Assembly (NCBI GenBank): GCA_965267575.1
Contig: OZ254086.1
Span: 2,528,001 to 2,592,000 of the forward strand
Length of the DNA stretch: 64,000 nucleotides
Source of the DNA: Calditrichales bacterium
GTDB lineage: Bacteria > Calditrichota > Calditrichia > Calditrichales > J004
Direction of reading: 5' to 3'
Part shown: piece after piece, positions 43,272 to 51,972 of the stretch
Layout: each line of letters begins with the position of its first letter
How positions within the stretch are numbered: position 1 is the stretch's first letter
The notes under the pieces: model-generated
What the model was told of the DNA's origin: nothing
Seen by the model: only the letters and a program-made list of their open reading frames with translations
Database searches by the model: none
Program-made: the position numbers and the translations under genes

Positions 43272-44060
43272 TTAAAAATCCTTCAACCGAAAACGGCGTT
43301 GCCCGAACCACAGTGGCAGGGCCATCCACACCAGCATGCTGGCCAGGGCTATGAAAACACCCAGCGTGCTGCCAAAAAAGCGCGAGAAGGCCGCGCCGGT
43401 GTAACCCATCAAAGCGGAAATATCCAGTTGCAGCAGCATAAACACACGACCCAGGTCCACCGGGTTAAGCAGGCTCAAAACGATGGAGACGTTCTCCAAT
43501 GGGTAATCTTGAAAGACGAACAGCAGCAGCATGATCAGGCCGTCGTAGAGCAGCACAAACACCAGCCAGGCCATCACCGCGCTGCCCAGGCCCTTGATGC
43601 GATCTTCAAAGCGGGTGGAGAAAAGAAAGGCCAGCGCCGAAAAGATCATGGTTAAGGCGCTGCCGCTTACGGCCAGGTTCAGGAAGGCGCCGCCGCCTTC
43701 ACCAGGTCCGCCGAAATAGGCCAGGGGAATGGCCACGCCCAGCAGGAAAGCCAGCGTCATCGGCAGGCTCAGGCCCAGGTACATGCCAAAAAACATGCGC
43801 GTGCGGTCCACCGGCTGGGTCAGCAGTAATTCGATAAATTCGCGGGCGTTGTAGAGGTAGATCATGCCAAAAACGAGTGCCACCAGAGGCACCAAAATCA
43901 AAACGATGTTCATCAGGCTGATCACGGCGCGGGCATCGCTGCCCCCAAAACGCATCAGCAAATCGGTCGCCAGCCAGAAAAAAAGCCCGTAGCTGATCAG
44001 CCACTTGCTGCGCAGCAGGTCGTTAAAAACGTAACCGATAATTTTTCTCAACGTTCTCAT
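43272..44060 (-). CDS. nosY: NosY ABC permease
   Basis: ELLLTQPV.R, LLNPVDLGR, ALMGYTGA; follows nosF. Confidence 0.9.
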   Translation of the reverse strand: MRTLRKIIGYVFNDLLRSKWLISYGLFFWLATDLLMRFGGSDARAVISLMNIVLILVPLVALVFGMIYLYNAREFIELLLTQPVDRTRMFFGMYLGLSLPMTLAFLLGVAIPLAYFGGPGEGGGAFLNLAVSGSALTMIFSALAFLFSTRFEDRIKGLGSAVMAWLVFVLLYDGLIMLLLFVFQDYPLENVSIVLSLLNPVDLGRVFMLLQLDISALMGYTGAAFSRFFGSTLGVFIALASMLVWMALPLWFGQRRFRLKDF

Positions 44061-44764
44061 GACATACTCCTCATCATCGAAGCGATGGCCCGCTCCAGCT
44101 TGCTCTCGTTGGTGTGTTGATGCACCATGTCCTTGGTGCCTTCATAAAAAATGTTGCCGTCCAGCAGAAAAACGATACGGTCGGCCAGTTCATCAATCTC
44201 GCTGATGATGTGCGAGGTGAGGATGAACGTTTTGCCGGCGGCGCGCTCCTTCATGATCTTGTCTTTCAGCAGGCTGCTGCTCACCGGGTCCAGCCCGGCC
44301 GTGGGTTCGTCCAAAATCAGTGTTTGGGGTTTAAACAGGAAAGCGATCACCGCACTGACCTTTTGCCGTGTGCCGCCGGAGAGATTCTTCAGCGCCTTGT
44401 TCATCTCCTTCTCCAGCTTAAACCCGCTGATCAGCTCGTCGTCGGTTTGCTCGGGGTTGCCGCGCAGGTCGCGCACCAGGTCCAGCACCTCCTTTACAGT
44501 CAGATTTTCCGGGAAGCGCGCTATCTGCGGCATGTAGCCCAGGTTGTGGCGGTAGGCGCAGTCGCCGTTTACGTGATCGCCGTTTACCTCGATGCTGCCG
44601 CTGTCCGGTTTTACCAGCCCCAGGATGCTTTTGATCAGCGTGGTTTTGCCGGAAGCGTTGGGGCCGACGATGGCATAGACCTGGCCGTCGTCGATGGTCA
44701 GATCGATGGCGCGCAGCACGTTCAGTTTGCCAAAGCTTTTTTGCAGTTCGTTAATTTTTATCAT
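44057..44764 (-). CDS. nosF: NosF ABC ATPase
   Basis: GPNASGKTT, LSGGTRQK, LDEPTAGLDP. Confidence 0.9.
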   Translation of the reverse strand: MIKINELQKSFGKLNVLRAIDLTIDDGQVYAIVGPNASGKTTLIKSILGLVKPDSGSIEVNGDHVNGDCAYRHNLGYMPQIARFPENLTVKEVLDLVRDLRGNPEQTDDELISGFKLEKEMNKALKNLSGGTRQKVSAVIAFLFKPQTLILDEPTAGLDPVSSSLLKDKIMKERAAGKTFILTSHIISEIDELADRIVFLLDGNIFYEGTKDMVHQHTNESKLERAIASMMRSMS

Positions 44765-45999
44765 TGTATTCTCCGCATAACAGGGGATTTATCAAGCAGC
44801 GTTTCGGGGGTCAACGCCGGCATAATCGATTCGGCCACGTTGAGCAGGTCCACAAAAAAGCTGCGCATCAGCACCAGCATCGGCGCGTTTTGTTCCACCA
44901 GGTAGCTGAACAGGCTCACCGGACGGTGGGCCACATCGCCGGTGCCGTCGTGGTCCAGGTCGTAGCCTTTGTAGGTATCCCAGTAATTGCTGTCAAAAGT
45001 GTTAAAATTCTGGCGGCTGTTGGTGGACACGTCAAAAGTGTTGGCGATAAAATTGTTTTTTTCAAAATGATTGTCCATGGAGTTGGCCATGATCTTGATG
45101 GCCCAGCCGTTTTGCTCGAACGTGTTGCCGCGCACGCTGAGGCGGTTGCTGGCCTCGCTGTAGATGCCGCGCGAGTTGCGCCGGAAAATGTTGTTTTCAA
45201 TAACGCTGTCGGTGATGTCCTTGAGTAGCAGGCCGTAAGCAGCAGAGCCCCAGTTGTGCTCAAACAGGTTGTTGCGCATTTCCACGTTTTCGGTGTACAT
45301 CACGGCCACGCCGGCATCGTTTTTCAGGAATGTGTTATCGGTGTATTGGCACCTGTCGGAAAACATGAAGTGCAGGCCATAGCGCAGGTTGCCCTCGCTG
45401 TGGTTGGCGCGCACGATGCTTTCTTCCACAAATTCAAAGTATATGCCGTCGCGGTGACCGTAAATGCGGTTATTTTCAATGGTGATGTTTTTGCAGTACC
45501 ACAGGTGGATGCCGTTGCCCGCGGATGATTCTTTTTCAAAAGATGCACGGATGACATTGTTGGCCACGGTAACGTGCGCCGCCTGTGCCAGGTAGATGGC
45601 AAAAAAATTGTTTTCGAATGTACAGTTTTCGATGCGGCCGTGTTGGGCTTCGTTCCATTTGATGGCCGCGTTGTCGTTCATAAAGCTTACCGGTGTATTG
45701 CGCAGGGTCAAACCTGAGATGGTGACATGGTCGGCGCGTACGGTTATAATGGTGCCGCGGTCGCTGCCATCCAGGACAGCACCTTTTTCACCGATCAGTG
45801 TCAGCGCTTTGCTAATTTCCAGCCCGCCTGTATGATGGACCCCGCTTTTAACCAGGATCGTATCGCCGGCAGCAGCCCTTTGTATGGCCTGCGCCAGGTC
45901 ATTGTTGTTGGCGGTTGGCCAGGATACAATCGACATGGCGCCGGCGCCGCTTGCCATAACAATGATGGCTATTATTAATGCCCGCATTTGCCGGAACAT
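44761..45999 (-). CDS. nosD: NosD nitrous oxide reductase maturation protein
   Basis: Beta-helix; GNGIHLW, HRDGIYFE, RYGLHFMFS, NYWD.Y.GYDLD.DG.GD; start moved to ATG 45999. Confidence 0.93.
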   Translation of the reverse strand: MFRQMRALIIAIIVMASGAGAMSIVSWPTANNNDLAQAIQRAAAGDTILVKSGVHHTGGLEISKALTLIGEKGAVLDGSDRGTIITVRADHVTISGLTLRNTPVSFMNDNAAIKWNEAQHGRIENCTFENNFFAIYLAQAAHVTVANNVIRASFEKESSAGNGIHLWYCKNITIENNRIYGHRDGIYFEFVEESIVRANHSEGNLRYGLHFMFSDRCQYTDNTFLKNDAGVAVMYTENVEMRNNLFEHNWGSAAYGLLLKDITDSVIENNIFRRNSRGIYSEASNRLSVRGNTFEQNGWAIKIMANSMDNHFEKNNFIANTFDVSTNSRQNFNTFDSNYWDTYKGYDLDHDGTGDVAHRPVSLFSYLVEQNAPMLVLMRSFFVDLLNVAESIMPALTPETLLDKSPVMRRIQ

Positions 46000-47057
46000 T
46001 TGCTGCTTTCCTTTGCTGCTTGTGGTGTGAGCCACTCGCTTTTTACCAGGTTTTTGGTTTCCTGCCAGCGCAGGGCTTCCCCGCCATATTGCGCTGTCAG
46101 TTGCGCCGCTTCGCTGTTGTCGGAAACGGCGGTGAGGTTCATGCCCATGGGGCTGCGCAGGTTTTCGCTCTGCACGATCCAGGCATCGTTAACATCCAGC
46201 CAGTTGCCGGGATTGTTAAAATCCATCAGCCACAGGCTGTGCACGTCGTCGCTGCCCTCGCCGTTAGCAGAGACATGCGCCGCCAGGCATTCAATGGAAT
46301 CGAATTTATAGACTTTGCTTTTATTGGTTACCAGCTCGGCGCCGTAGCGTTCGTCGGAGATGGACATGCGGCAGTAGGCGCATTCGTCTTCACCCACGCG
46401 GATGGCTTCCGGTTGCGGGGTGCAGGCGCTTGTAAAAAGCAGTGCCAGTGCGGCAATTGCCACGCCGGAGCCGGCTTTTTTTGCGGCGCGACGTCCGCGG
46501 TCCAGGTAAAGCGCGCCCATGGTCAGCATCACCGAAATACCCATCAGAATGCCGCCGCTTGCCGGCAGCGAGGTGGTTTTCATGTTGAGCAGCTGCTTGG
46601 TGCCGATCAGCGGTGGCTGGTAGCTCATGCCCGGAATTTTGATGGCGGCATGGGGATTGAGGTTATGCCCGTAGTCGTATTCCCACAGGTAAAAGTCCAC
46701 CAGACCCACACCGAGCAAAAGTATGAAAAGCGTCAGCCAGGTCCAGGCCAGCGGTTTTTTGTTCAGCGCGAAAACAGTCAGTCCGCTTACGATCAGGAAG
46801 CCGATCAGCCAGGGCATGATCTTCAGCTCGGGAATCGATTCCGGTTCGATGGTTTTCATGCCAATGTAGTGATTTAGATTGTTGATATTGCGCAAGTCGT
46901 GAGGATTCTCACCGGTGATCTGATCGATCCAGATATACATGCCGATGCCTTCCGGATACTGCGGCGCATCCAGGTCAATATGCCAGATGGGCACGAAATA
47001 GATCGGGATGAGCAGCAGTGTGGCGATCAGAAAGAGTATGCGCGATTTCTTGTTCAT
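45975..47057 (-). CDS. nosL: NosB-NosL fusion protein
   Basis: N-half LDAPQYPEG...INNLNHYIGM...YGHNL...YQPPLIG (NosB); C-half CAYCRMSI...FDSIECL...SPMG (NosL); start ATG 47057. Confidence 0.88.
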   Translation of the reverse strand: MNKKSRILFLIATLLLIPIYFVPIWHIDLDAPQYPEGIGMYIWIDQITGENPHDLRNINNLNHYIGMKTIEPESIPELKIMPWLIGFLIVSGLTVFALNKKPLAWTWLTLFILLLGVGLVDFYLWEYDYGHNLNPHAAIKIPGMSYQPPLIGTKQLLNMKTTSLPASGGILMGISVMLTMGALYLDRGRRAAKKAGSGVAIAALALLFTSACTPQPEAIRVGEDECAYCRMSISDERYGAELVTNKSKVYKFDSIECLAAHVSANGEGSDDVHSLWLMDFNNPGNWLDVNDAWIVQSENLRSPMGMNLTAVSDNSEAAQLTAQYGGEALRWQETKNLVKSEWLTPQAAKESSKCSGKCGH

Positions 47058-47130
47058 TTTAAACTCCAGATTTTTAAAAGCAGGAGACCCGCATAAGACT
47101 CCGGGCCTCCCACAGTAAGGCATCCGTGCC

Positions 47131-49092
47131 TTATTTGTTTGTTCCGTAGCTTAGTTTAACGTTGCTGTTGCGCGGCGATACACGGATGTAGCCTTGCATT
47201 TCCTGGTGCAGCGCGGAGCAGAAGTCCGTGCAGTAGAAGGGATAGACACCCGGTGCTTTGGGCTCCCAGACCAGCGTGCGTGTTTCTCCCGGCATTACCA
47301 GCAGTTCGGAATTGTTGGCGCCCTGCATGGCGAAACCGTGCGGTACATCCCAGTCTTGTTCCAGGTTTGTGATATGGAAGAAGACCTTGTCGCCCATTTT
47401 GATGCCTTCGATATTGTCCGGGGCAAAGTGCGTACGGATGGTCGTCATTTTGATGTGCACGTCGTTGCCCTGGCGTACGACTTCAGCTTCGGCTTCACCC
47501 TTGGCGGCCCAGGGGTGTGTGTTTTTCTCAATCGGGAAGATCCTGGTTTGATTGGGTGTCACCAGGTCGGCATGGATAGCCTGCGCATAGTGCGGCTCAC
47601 CCATGGTCGGGAAATCCAGCAAAAGCTTCATTTTATCGCCGCTGATGTCGATCAGCTGTGCCGAGTGGGCCAGTTCCGGCCCCGTGGGCAGGTAGCGATC
47701 CTTGGTGATTTTATTAAGCGCCACCAGGTATTTGCCTGCCGGCTTGCGGCTGTCGCCACCGGGGATCATCAGGTGACCGATGCTGTAATATGCCTGGATG
47801 CGGTCAACAACTTCCCACGTGCCAAGCTTCCATTTTACAACTTCCGAAGAGATAAAGGCCGAGGTGTAAGCGTAGCCTTTGCCGTCGAATTCCGTGTGCA
47901 ACGGACCAAGACCGGGATTTTCAACTTCGCCGGCCAGAACCGCGTCATACTTCAGCACGGGAATACCGTCGATGTCGCCTTCAAATTCTTCGTTTTCGAT
48001 GGCTGTAAGCATTTTGCTGTAGGAGTGCACCGGAATAACCGTGGCCAGTTTACCGCCGGCCACGATGTATTCGCCACTGGGATCCACATCAACACCATGC
48101 GGGGATTTTGGCGTTGGCAAATAGTAGATGAGCCCGGGGCATTTTTCCGGATCGAGAATCTTCACTTCATTCTTTTCGATCGTTTCAGCGATGCGGCTGT
48201 CATGATCCATGCGATTGATAACATACTTGCCGGGTGCAGTGCGTGCGCGACCTTCGGCCAGGTACTCTTCCGCTTTTTTCCAGTTAACCGCGGCAATAAA
48301 GTCCTTGTCATTCTGCGAAGCATTTACTTCAAGAAGGGTGTGTGCCTCTTCACTGTTATAGCTTGTAAAGAAAACCCAGCCGTGTGACGGGCCTTTACCT
48401 GCATGTGCCAGGTCGTAGTTGAAACCGGGCACCAGGATCTGGAAGGCGATGTCCATATGACCGTCGTCATCCACCTTAATAAAGGTAACCGTGCCTTTGA
48501 AGTTTTCTTTATAGCTGTCAATACTTACATCTTCATTGGGAATAGGAACGGAAAAGCGTGTGCTTGCCACAACGTATTCGGTGTTCTGGGTTATAAAGGG
48601 CGAAGCGTGGTTACCGGCCGAGTTGGGGATCTGAATGATCTCTTCGGTCTCGAAGGACTTCAGGCTTAACCGTGCCACACGCGTGGTGTTGTTGCCGTTA
48701 ATGAACAGCCAGCGGCCGTCCGGGGCGCCGTCGGTTTGCGACAGCTCCGGGTGGTGGGCGTCATCCCACGGTACAAAGCCGAACGTGGTATTCAGCATCG
48801 GCTTGGTCTCTTCGGAATAGCCCCAGCCGTTTTCCGGAAACTGGCTGAAAACCGGTATGGTTTTGATCAGGCGACCCGAAGGCAGACCATGTACGGTGAC
48901 GTTGCCGCTGAATCCGCCGGACATAAAGGCGTAGAATTCATCATAGCTGCCCGGGGCAACATAGACCTGCTGCGCAATTTCTTCGGTACCGATCATCTTT
49001 TTTTGCCCCTGGCAATGCCAGAAGACAACCAAAGCCAGTGCCAGCAGAAGTGCCGGACCGATTTTGCGATATAGAGTTGAACGAGTCATCAA
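47131..49092 (-). CDS. nosZ: Clade II (Sec-dependent) nitrous oxide reductase
   Basis: No Tat RR signal; FMSGGFSG, DDAHHP, GNH, PKSPHG, GPLH, EPH; CuA HGF...CTDFCSALHQEM. Confidence 0.97.
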   Translation of the reverse strand: MMTRSTLYRKIGPALLLALALVVFWHCQGQKKMIGTEEIAQQVYVAPGSYDEFYAFMSGGFSGNVTVHGLPSGRLIKTIPVFSQFPENGWGYSEETKPMLNTTFGFVPWDDAHHPELSQTDGAPDGRWLFINGNNTTRVARLSLKSFETEEIIQIPNSAGNHASPFITQNTEYVVASTRFSVPIPNEDVSIDSYKENFKGTVTFIKVDDDGHMDIAFQILVPGFNYDLAHAGKGPSHGWVFFTSYNSEEAHTLLEVNASQNDKDFIAAVNWKKAEEYLAEGRARTAPGKYVINRMDHDSRIAETIEKNEVKILDPEKCPGLIYYLPTPKSPHGVDVDPSGEYIVAGGKLATVIPVHSYSKMLTAIENEEFEGDIDGIPVLKYDAVLAGEVENPGLGPLHTEFDGKGYAYTSAFISSEVVKWKLGTWEVVDRIQAYYSIGHLMIPGGDSRKPAGKYLVALNKITKDRYLPTGPELAHSAQLIDISGDKMKLLLDFPTMGEPHYAQAIHADLVTPNQTRIFPIEKNTHPWAAKGEAEAEVVRQGNDVHIKMTTIRTHFAPDNIEGIKMGDKVFFHITNLEQDWDVPHGFAMQGANNSELLVMPGETRTLVWEPKAPGVYPFYCTDFCSALHQEMQGYIRVSPRNSNVKLSYGTNK

Positions 49093-49119
49093 AGGACCTC
49101 CTTTAAAGGTTTAGTAGGG

Positions 49120-49626
49120 TTAGTTTTGATTTTTGAATACAGGTGCGCTGGCAATGTTTTGCTCTTTGCCTTCCTTTGCCTGCAAGCGCATATAGTGCAG
49201 GAGCTGCATCGCTTCTTCCATGGCAATGTTCTGGTTGGGCATGGGCGTCAGGTATTCGCCAAGAAGCTTTTGGCCCAGGGGATGCTTTTTCACGTTTTCA
49301 TCGGGATTAAGCATCTGGTTGAGTACCCACTCGTTTGTGCGGCGCTCGGTGACGTAACGCAGGGCAGGGGCCACATAGCGCTCATCCATTTTGTGGCAGG
49401 CGGCGCATTTGGCTTTGAAGGCTTCCTCGCCTTTTTGGGCCATGGCTTTGTCTATTTCGCCAACCGCAATTTTTTCTGTTACCGGACCGATACCGTTCTC
49501 CATCTGGAAATCGGTCAGACCGTTTGGATTAGCCGGTTTGGCTTGTTCGGCCTGCTGGTCACCGCCGCCGCAGGCAGCGAAAGTCAGCAACCCGGCTATA
49601 GCTAAGAGATAAATAAAAAGACGCAT
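49120..49626 (-). CDS. Lipoprotein monoheme cytochrome c upstream of nosZ
   Basis: Lipobox FAAC; CAACH; distal Met in TPMPNQ. Confidence 0.9.
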   Translation of the reverse strand: MRLFIYLLAIAGLLTFAACGGGDQQAEQAKPANPNGLTDFQMENGIGPVTEKIAVGEIDKAMAQKGEEAFKAKCAACHKMDERYVAPALRYVTERRTNEWVLNQMLNPDENVKKHPLGQKLLGEYLTPMPNQNIAMEEAMQLLHYMRLQAKEGKEQNIASAPVFKNQN

Positions 49627-49648
49627 TAGATTACTCCTTATTTAAGAT

Positions 49649-49666
49649 TTAAGACTATTTTGTCTC
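49649..49666. promoter_or_regulatory. Putative Rrf2 operator (copy 2)
   Basis: TTAAGACTATTTTGTCTC, matching 50166-50185. Confidence 0.6.
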
Positions 49667-49684
49667 TTTTTAGGTTAAAAAAAC

Positions 49685-50146
49685 TCAGTTGTTTGTTAAA
49701 GTCCCGTTTACAACCACATCATAAAGGCGCAGGTTACCGGCGTTTATTTCACCGGCCAGTTCGGAAAGGCGGCTGGCGCTCAGATTCCGGCGCAGCTCTT
49801 CGCGCGTCTGCCCCCACATGCTGTGCAGCGGGCAGGGCTTTTCAATGCTGCAGCCGGGCAATCCCAGTAGGCATTCCTGGAAAATTTTCTTTCCGTCAAT
49901 CGCTTCCACAACATCCAGAATCGAAATATCCTGCGCGTGGCGTGCCAGTGTTACACCTCCCTTGGGCCCTTTAAACGATTCGATCAGATTGTGCTGCGTC
50001 AACGTCTGCAAAATCTTGGTCAGAAAATGAAAGGAAATATTCAGCTTTTCCGACACCTCTTTGATCGGGATATAGCGGCGCTGGTCCTCAATGGCCAGGT
50101 AAATCAACGCGCGTACACCGTAAACACAAGATTTTGAAAGCAGCAT
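49685..50146 (-). CDS. Rrf2 family transcriptional regulator with three Cys
   Basis: YGVRALIYLA, FLTKILQTL, SFKGPKGG, CLLGLPGCSIEKPCPLH; start ATG 50146. Confidence 0.92.
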   Translation of the reverse strand: MLLSKSCVYGVRALIYLAIEDQRRYIPIKEVSEKLNISFHFLTKILQTLTQHNLIESFKGPKGGVTLARHAQDISILDVVEAIDGKKIFQECLLGLPGCSIEKPCPLHSMWGQTREELRRNLSASRLSELAGEINAGNLRLYDVVVNGTLTNN

Positions 50147-50165
50147 TTTTTGTCCTTTATTGGAA

Positions 50166-50212
50166 TTAAGACTCTTTTGTCTTAAATATACGGACATTTT
50201 TCACAAGGTCAA
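50166..50212 (-). promoter_or_regulatory. Sigma70 promoter with overlapping palindromic operator
   Basis: Minus strand TTGACC-N16-TATATT; TTAAGAC-TCTTTT-GTCTTAA immediately downstream. Confidence 0.65.
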
Positions 50213-50299
50213 GAGGAAATTTTAACTTTTTTTAAAAAATTGGTCAAAAGAGTTTTGGTCCGGAAGTCTTTAGGTCGGGAAGTCCCGGCGTCGTTGTGC

Positions 50300-50540
50300 C
50301 TTCATCCCGGCCTGTCCCTATGTTTTTTATCGGGGTTGGCGTTGTTTGCCACACCGGGATCGCGTGTCGGGGATGAGGAAGGGGCCCCGGCACCAGGGCC
50401 GGGGTGACAGGCAGGTTGCTGTACTATAAAGATCATGATCATGAGCAGGATCACGATCATGATTTACCTGAACACCTGAACACCTGAACACCTGAACACT
50501 TTAACACTTTAACACAATAGCACCTTAGCACCTTAGCACG
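50300..50540. repeat. REP unit plus hexamer and octamer tandem microrepeats
   Basis: TCATCCCGGCCTGTCCC...GGCCGGGGTGACAG; GATCAT-like array; (CCTGAACA)n, (CTTTAACA)n, (CCTTAGCA)n. Confidence 0.8.
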
Positions 50541-50550
50541 ATACAGCGCA

Positions 50551-51576
50551 TCACAGCACATCATGGTGGTTATCAATCTGCTCTTTCAAGCCGCTGTAGA
50601 TGATGTTCCTGATATTGTCGTTATTATAAAAATTATGTGGAAAACTTAGCTCAAATTTGCTCAGCTCGTTTAGCTCGGCGATATGCTTATCGCTTAAACT
50701 GTGCTCCAGGCAACCAAGGTTATCTTTCACCTGGCTCTCCTTACTGGCACCGAGTATAGGGATGATGAGAGCCGGTTGCTGGCGTACCCAGTTAATGGCC
50801 ACCTGCGACGGCGAGCAGCCCACCTCTTTAGCGATGTCTACTACTTTTTGTGCAAGCTTCAGGTTCTTTTCCGGAATCTTGTTGCCATCTACGCGCCCGT
50901 CCGTATCACCCTGGTTGTATTTCCCGGTGAGCACGCCGCCACCCAGCGCGCTCCAGGTGGTCACCGCCATATCATAAAAACGTGAAGCTGGCAGCAGATC
51001 CTGCTCAATGGTGCGGTCCAGCAGGCTGTATTTTAGCTGCATGGCCACAAAACGGTTCCAGCCGCGCAGCTCGGCTATGGTGTTGGCGCGACTCACCACC
51101 CAGGCCGGTGTATCGGAGATACCGATATAATGCACCTTGCCCGAGCGGATCAGGTCGTTAAGTCCCAGCAGCACTTCTTCCACCGGCGTAGTGTAATCCC
51201 AGGCATGCAGCCAGTACAGGTCAATATAGTCGGTGTTGAGACGCTTCAGGCTGGCATCAACCGCCTGCATCATGTTCTTGCGGTGATTACCGGAAAAGTT
51301 GGGATCGTCTTTGCGGGTGAAAAGCGTATATTTGGTGGCCAGCACAAAGTGGTCGCGGTCGGAATGGATAAATTCACCGACGTATTTCTCACTTGTACCT
51401 TCGGTGTAGCGGTTGGCCGTATCAATAAAATTACCGTCGGCGTTGGCATAGGCATCGAATATTTTTTTGGATTCCTCTTTCGTAGCGCCCCAGCCCCACT
51501 CTTCGCCAAAGGTCATCGTACCCAGGCACAGTTCCGAAACGCGCAGGCCGCTGCGGCCCAATAATTTGTAGCGCAT
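50551..51576 (-). CDS. Aldo/keto reductase
   Basis: LGRSGLRVSELCLGTMTFG, FIDTANRY, SLKRLNTDYIDLYWLH; start ATG 51576 behind GGAGG. Confidence 0.93.
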   Translation of the reverse strand: MRYKLLGRSGLRVSELCLGTMTFGEEWGWGATKEESKKIFDAYANADGNFIDTANRYTEGTSEKYVGEFIHSDRDHFVLATKYTLFTRKDDPNFSGNHRKNMMQAVDASLKRLNTDYIDLYWLHAWDYTTPVEEVLLGLNDLIRSGKVHYIGISDTPAWVVSRANTIAELRGWNRFVAMQLKYSLLDRTIEQDLLPASRFYDMAVTTWSALGGGVLTGKYNQGDTDGRVDGNKIPEKNLKLAQKVVDIAKEVGCSPSQVAINWVRQQPALIIPILGASKESQVKDNLGCLEHSLSDKHIAELNELSKFELSFPHNFYNNDNIRNIIYSGLKEQIDNHHDVL

Positions 51577-51713
51577 AATCCCCTCCACTCTAAGAGCATT
51601 TATGAATTCATTTTCACAACATAATAAGAAAAACAATCATTCCGGGAAAAGATAATTGCTGAACCAGGAGAGTGGTGCGACGTTGATTTCGCTTAAAATG
51701 GTTAAGCCGTCAA

Positions 51714-51971
51714 TGTCATTCCCGACCCCGATCGGGAATCCATTCTTGCGGCCCTTTGTTAGTGATTGTGATTATTTCCCGTAACGGCTCAATCGGATCC
51801 CTGCCTTCGCTGGGATGACAGGATGTATGGCCGGGAAACAGGAAGGGGCCCCGGCACCAGGGCCGGGGTGACAGGGTAGGTTGATGGTTTGGCGAGTTAA
51901 TAATTTGTCACCAGTTTGGAATCATATAGATAATAAGTTCAATTTACCTTAACACCTTAACACCTTAACAC
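51714..51971. repeat. REP units plus (CCTTAACA)n
   Basis: GTCATTCCCG...GGGAATCC, GGATCCC...GGGATGACA, GGCCCCGGCACCAGGGCCGGGGTGACAG. Confidence 0.75.
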
Positions 51972-51972
51972 A

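Noticed and set aside
39456..48387. Long plus-strand ORFs (e.g. 39456-40820, 45978-46877, 47194-48387; likewise 7059-8153 and 29418-30575)
   Set aside because: Antisense shadows of well-supported GC3-rich minus-strand genes.
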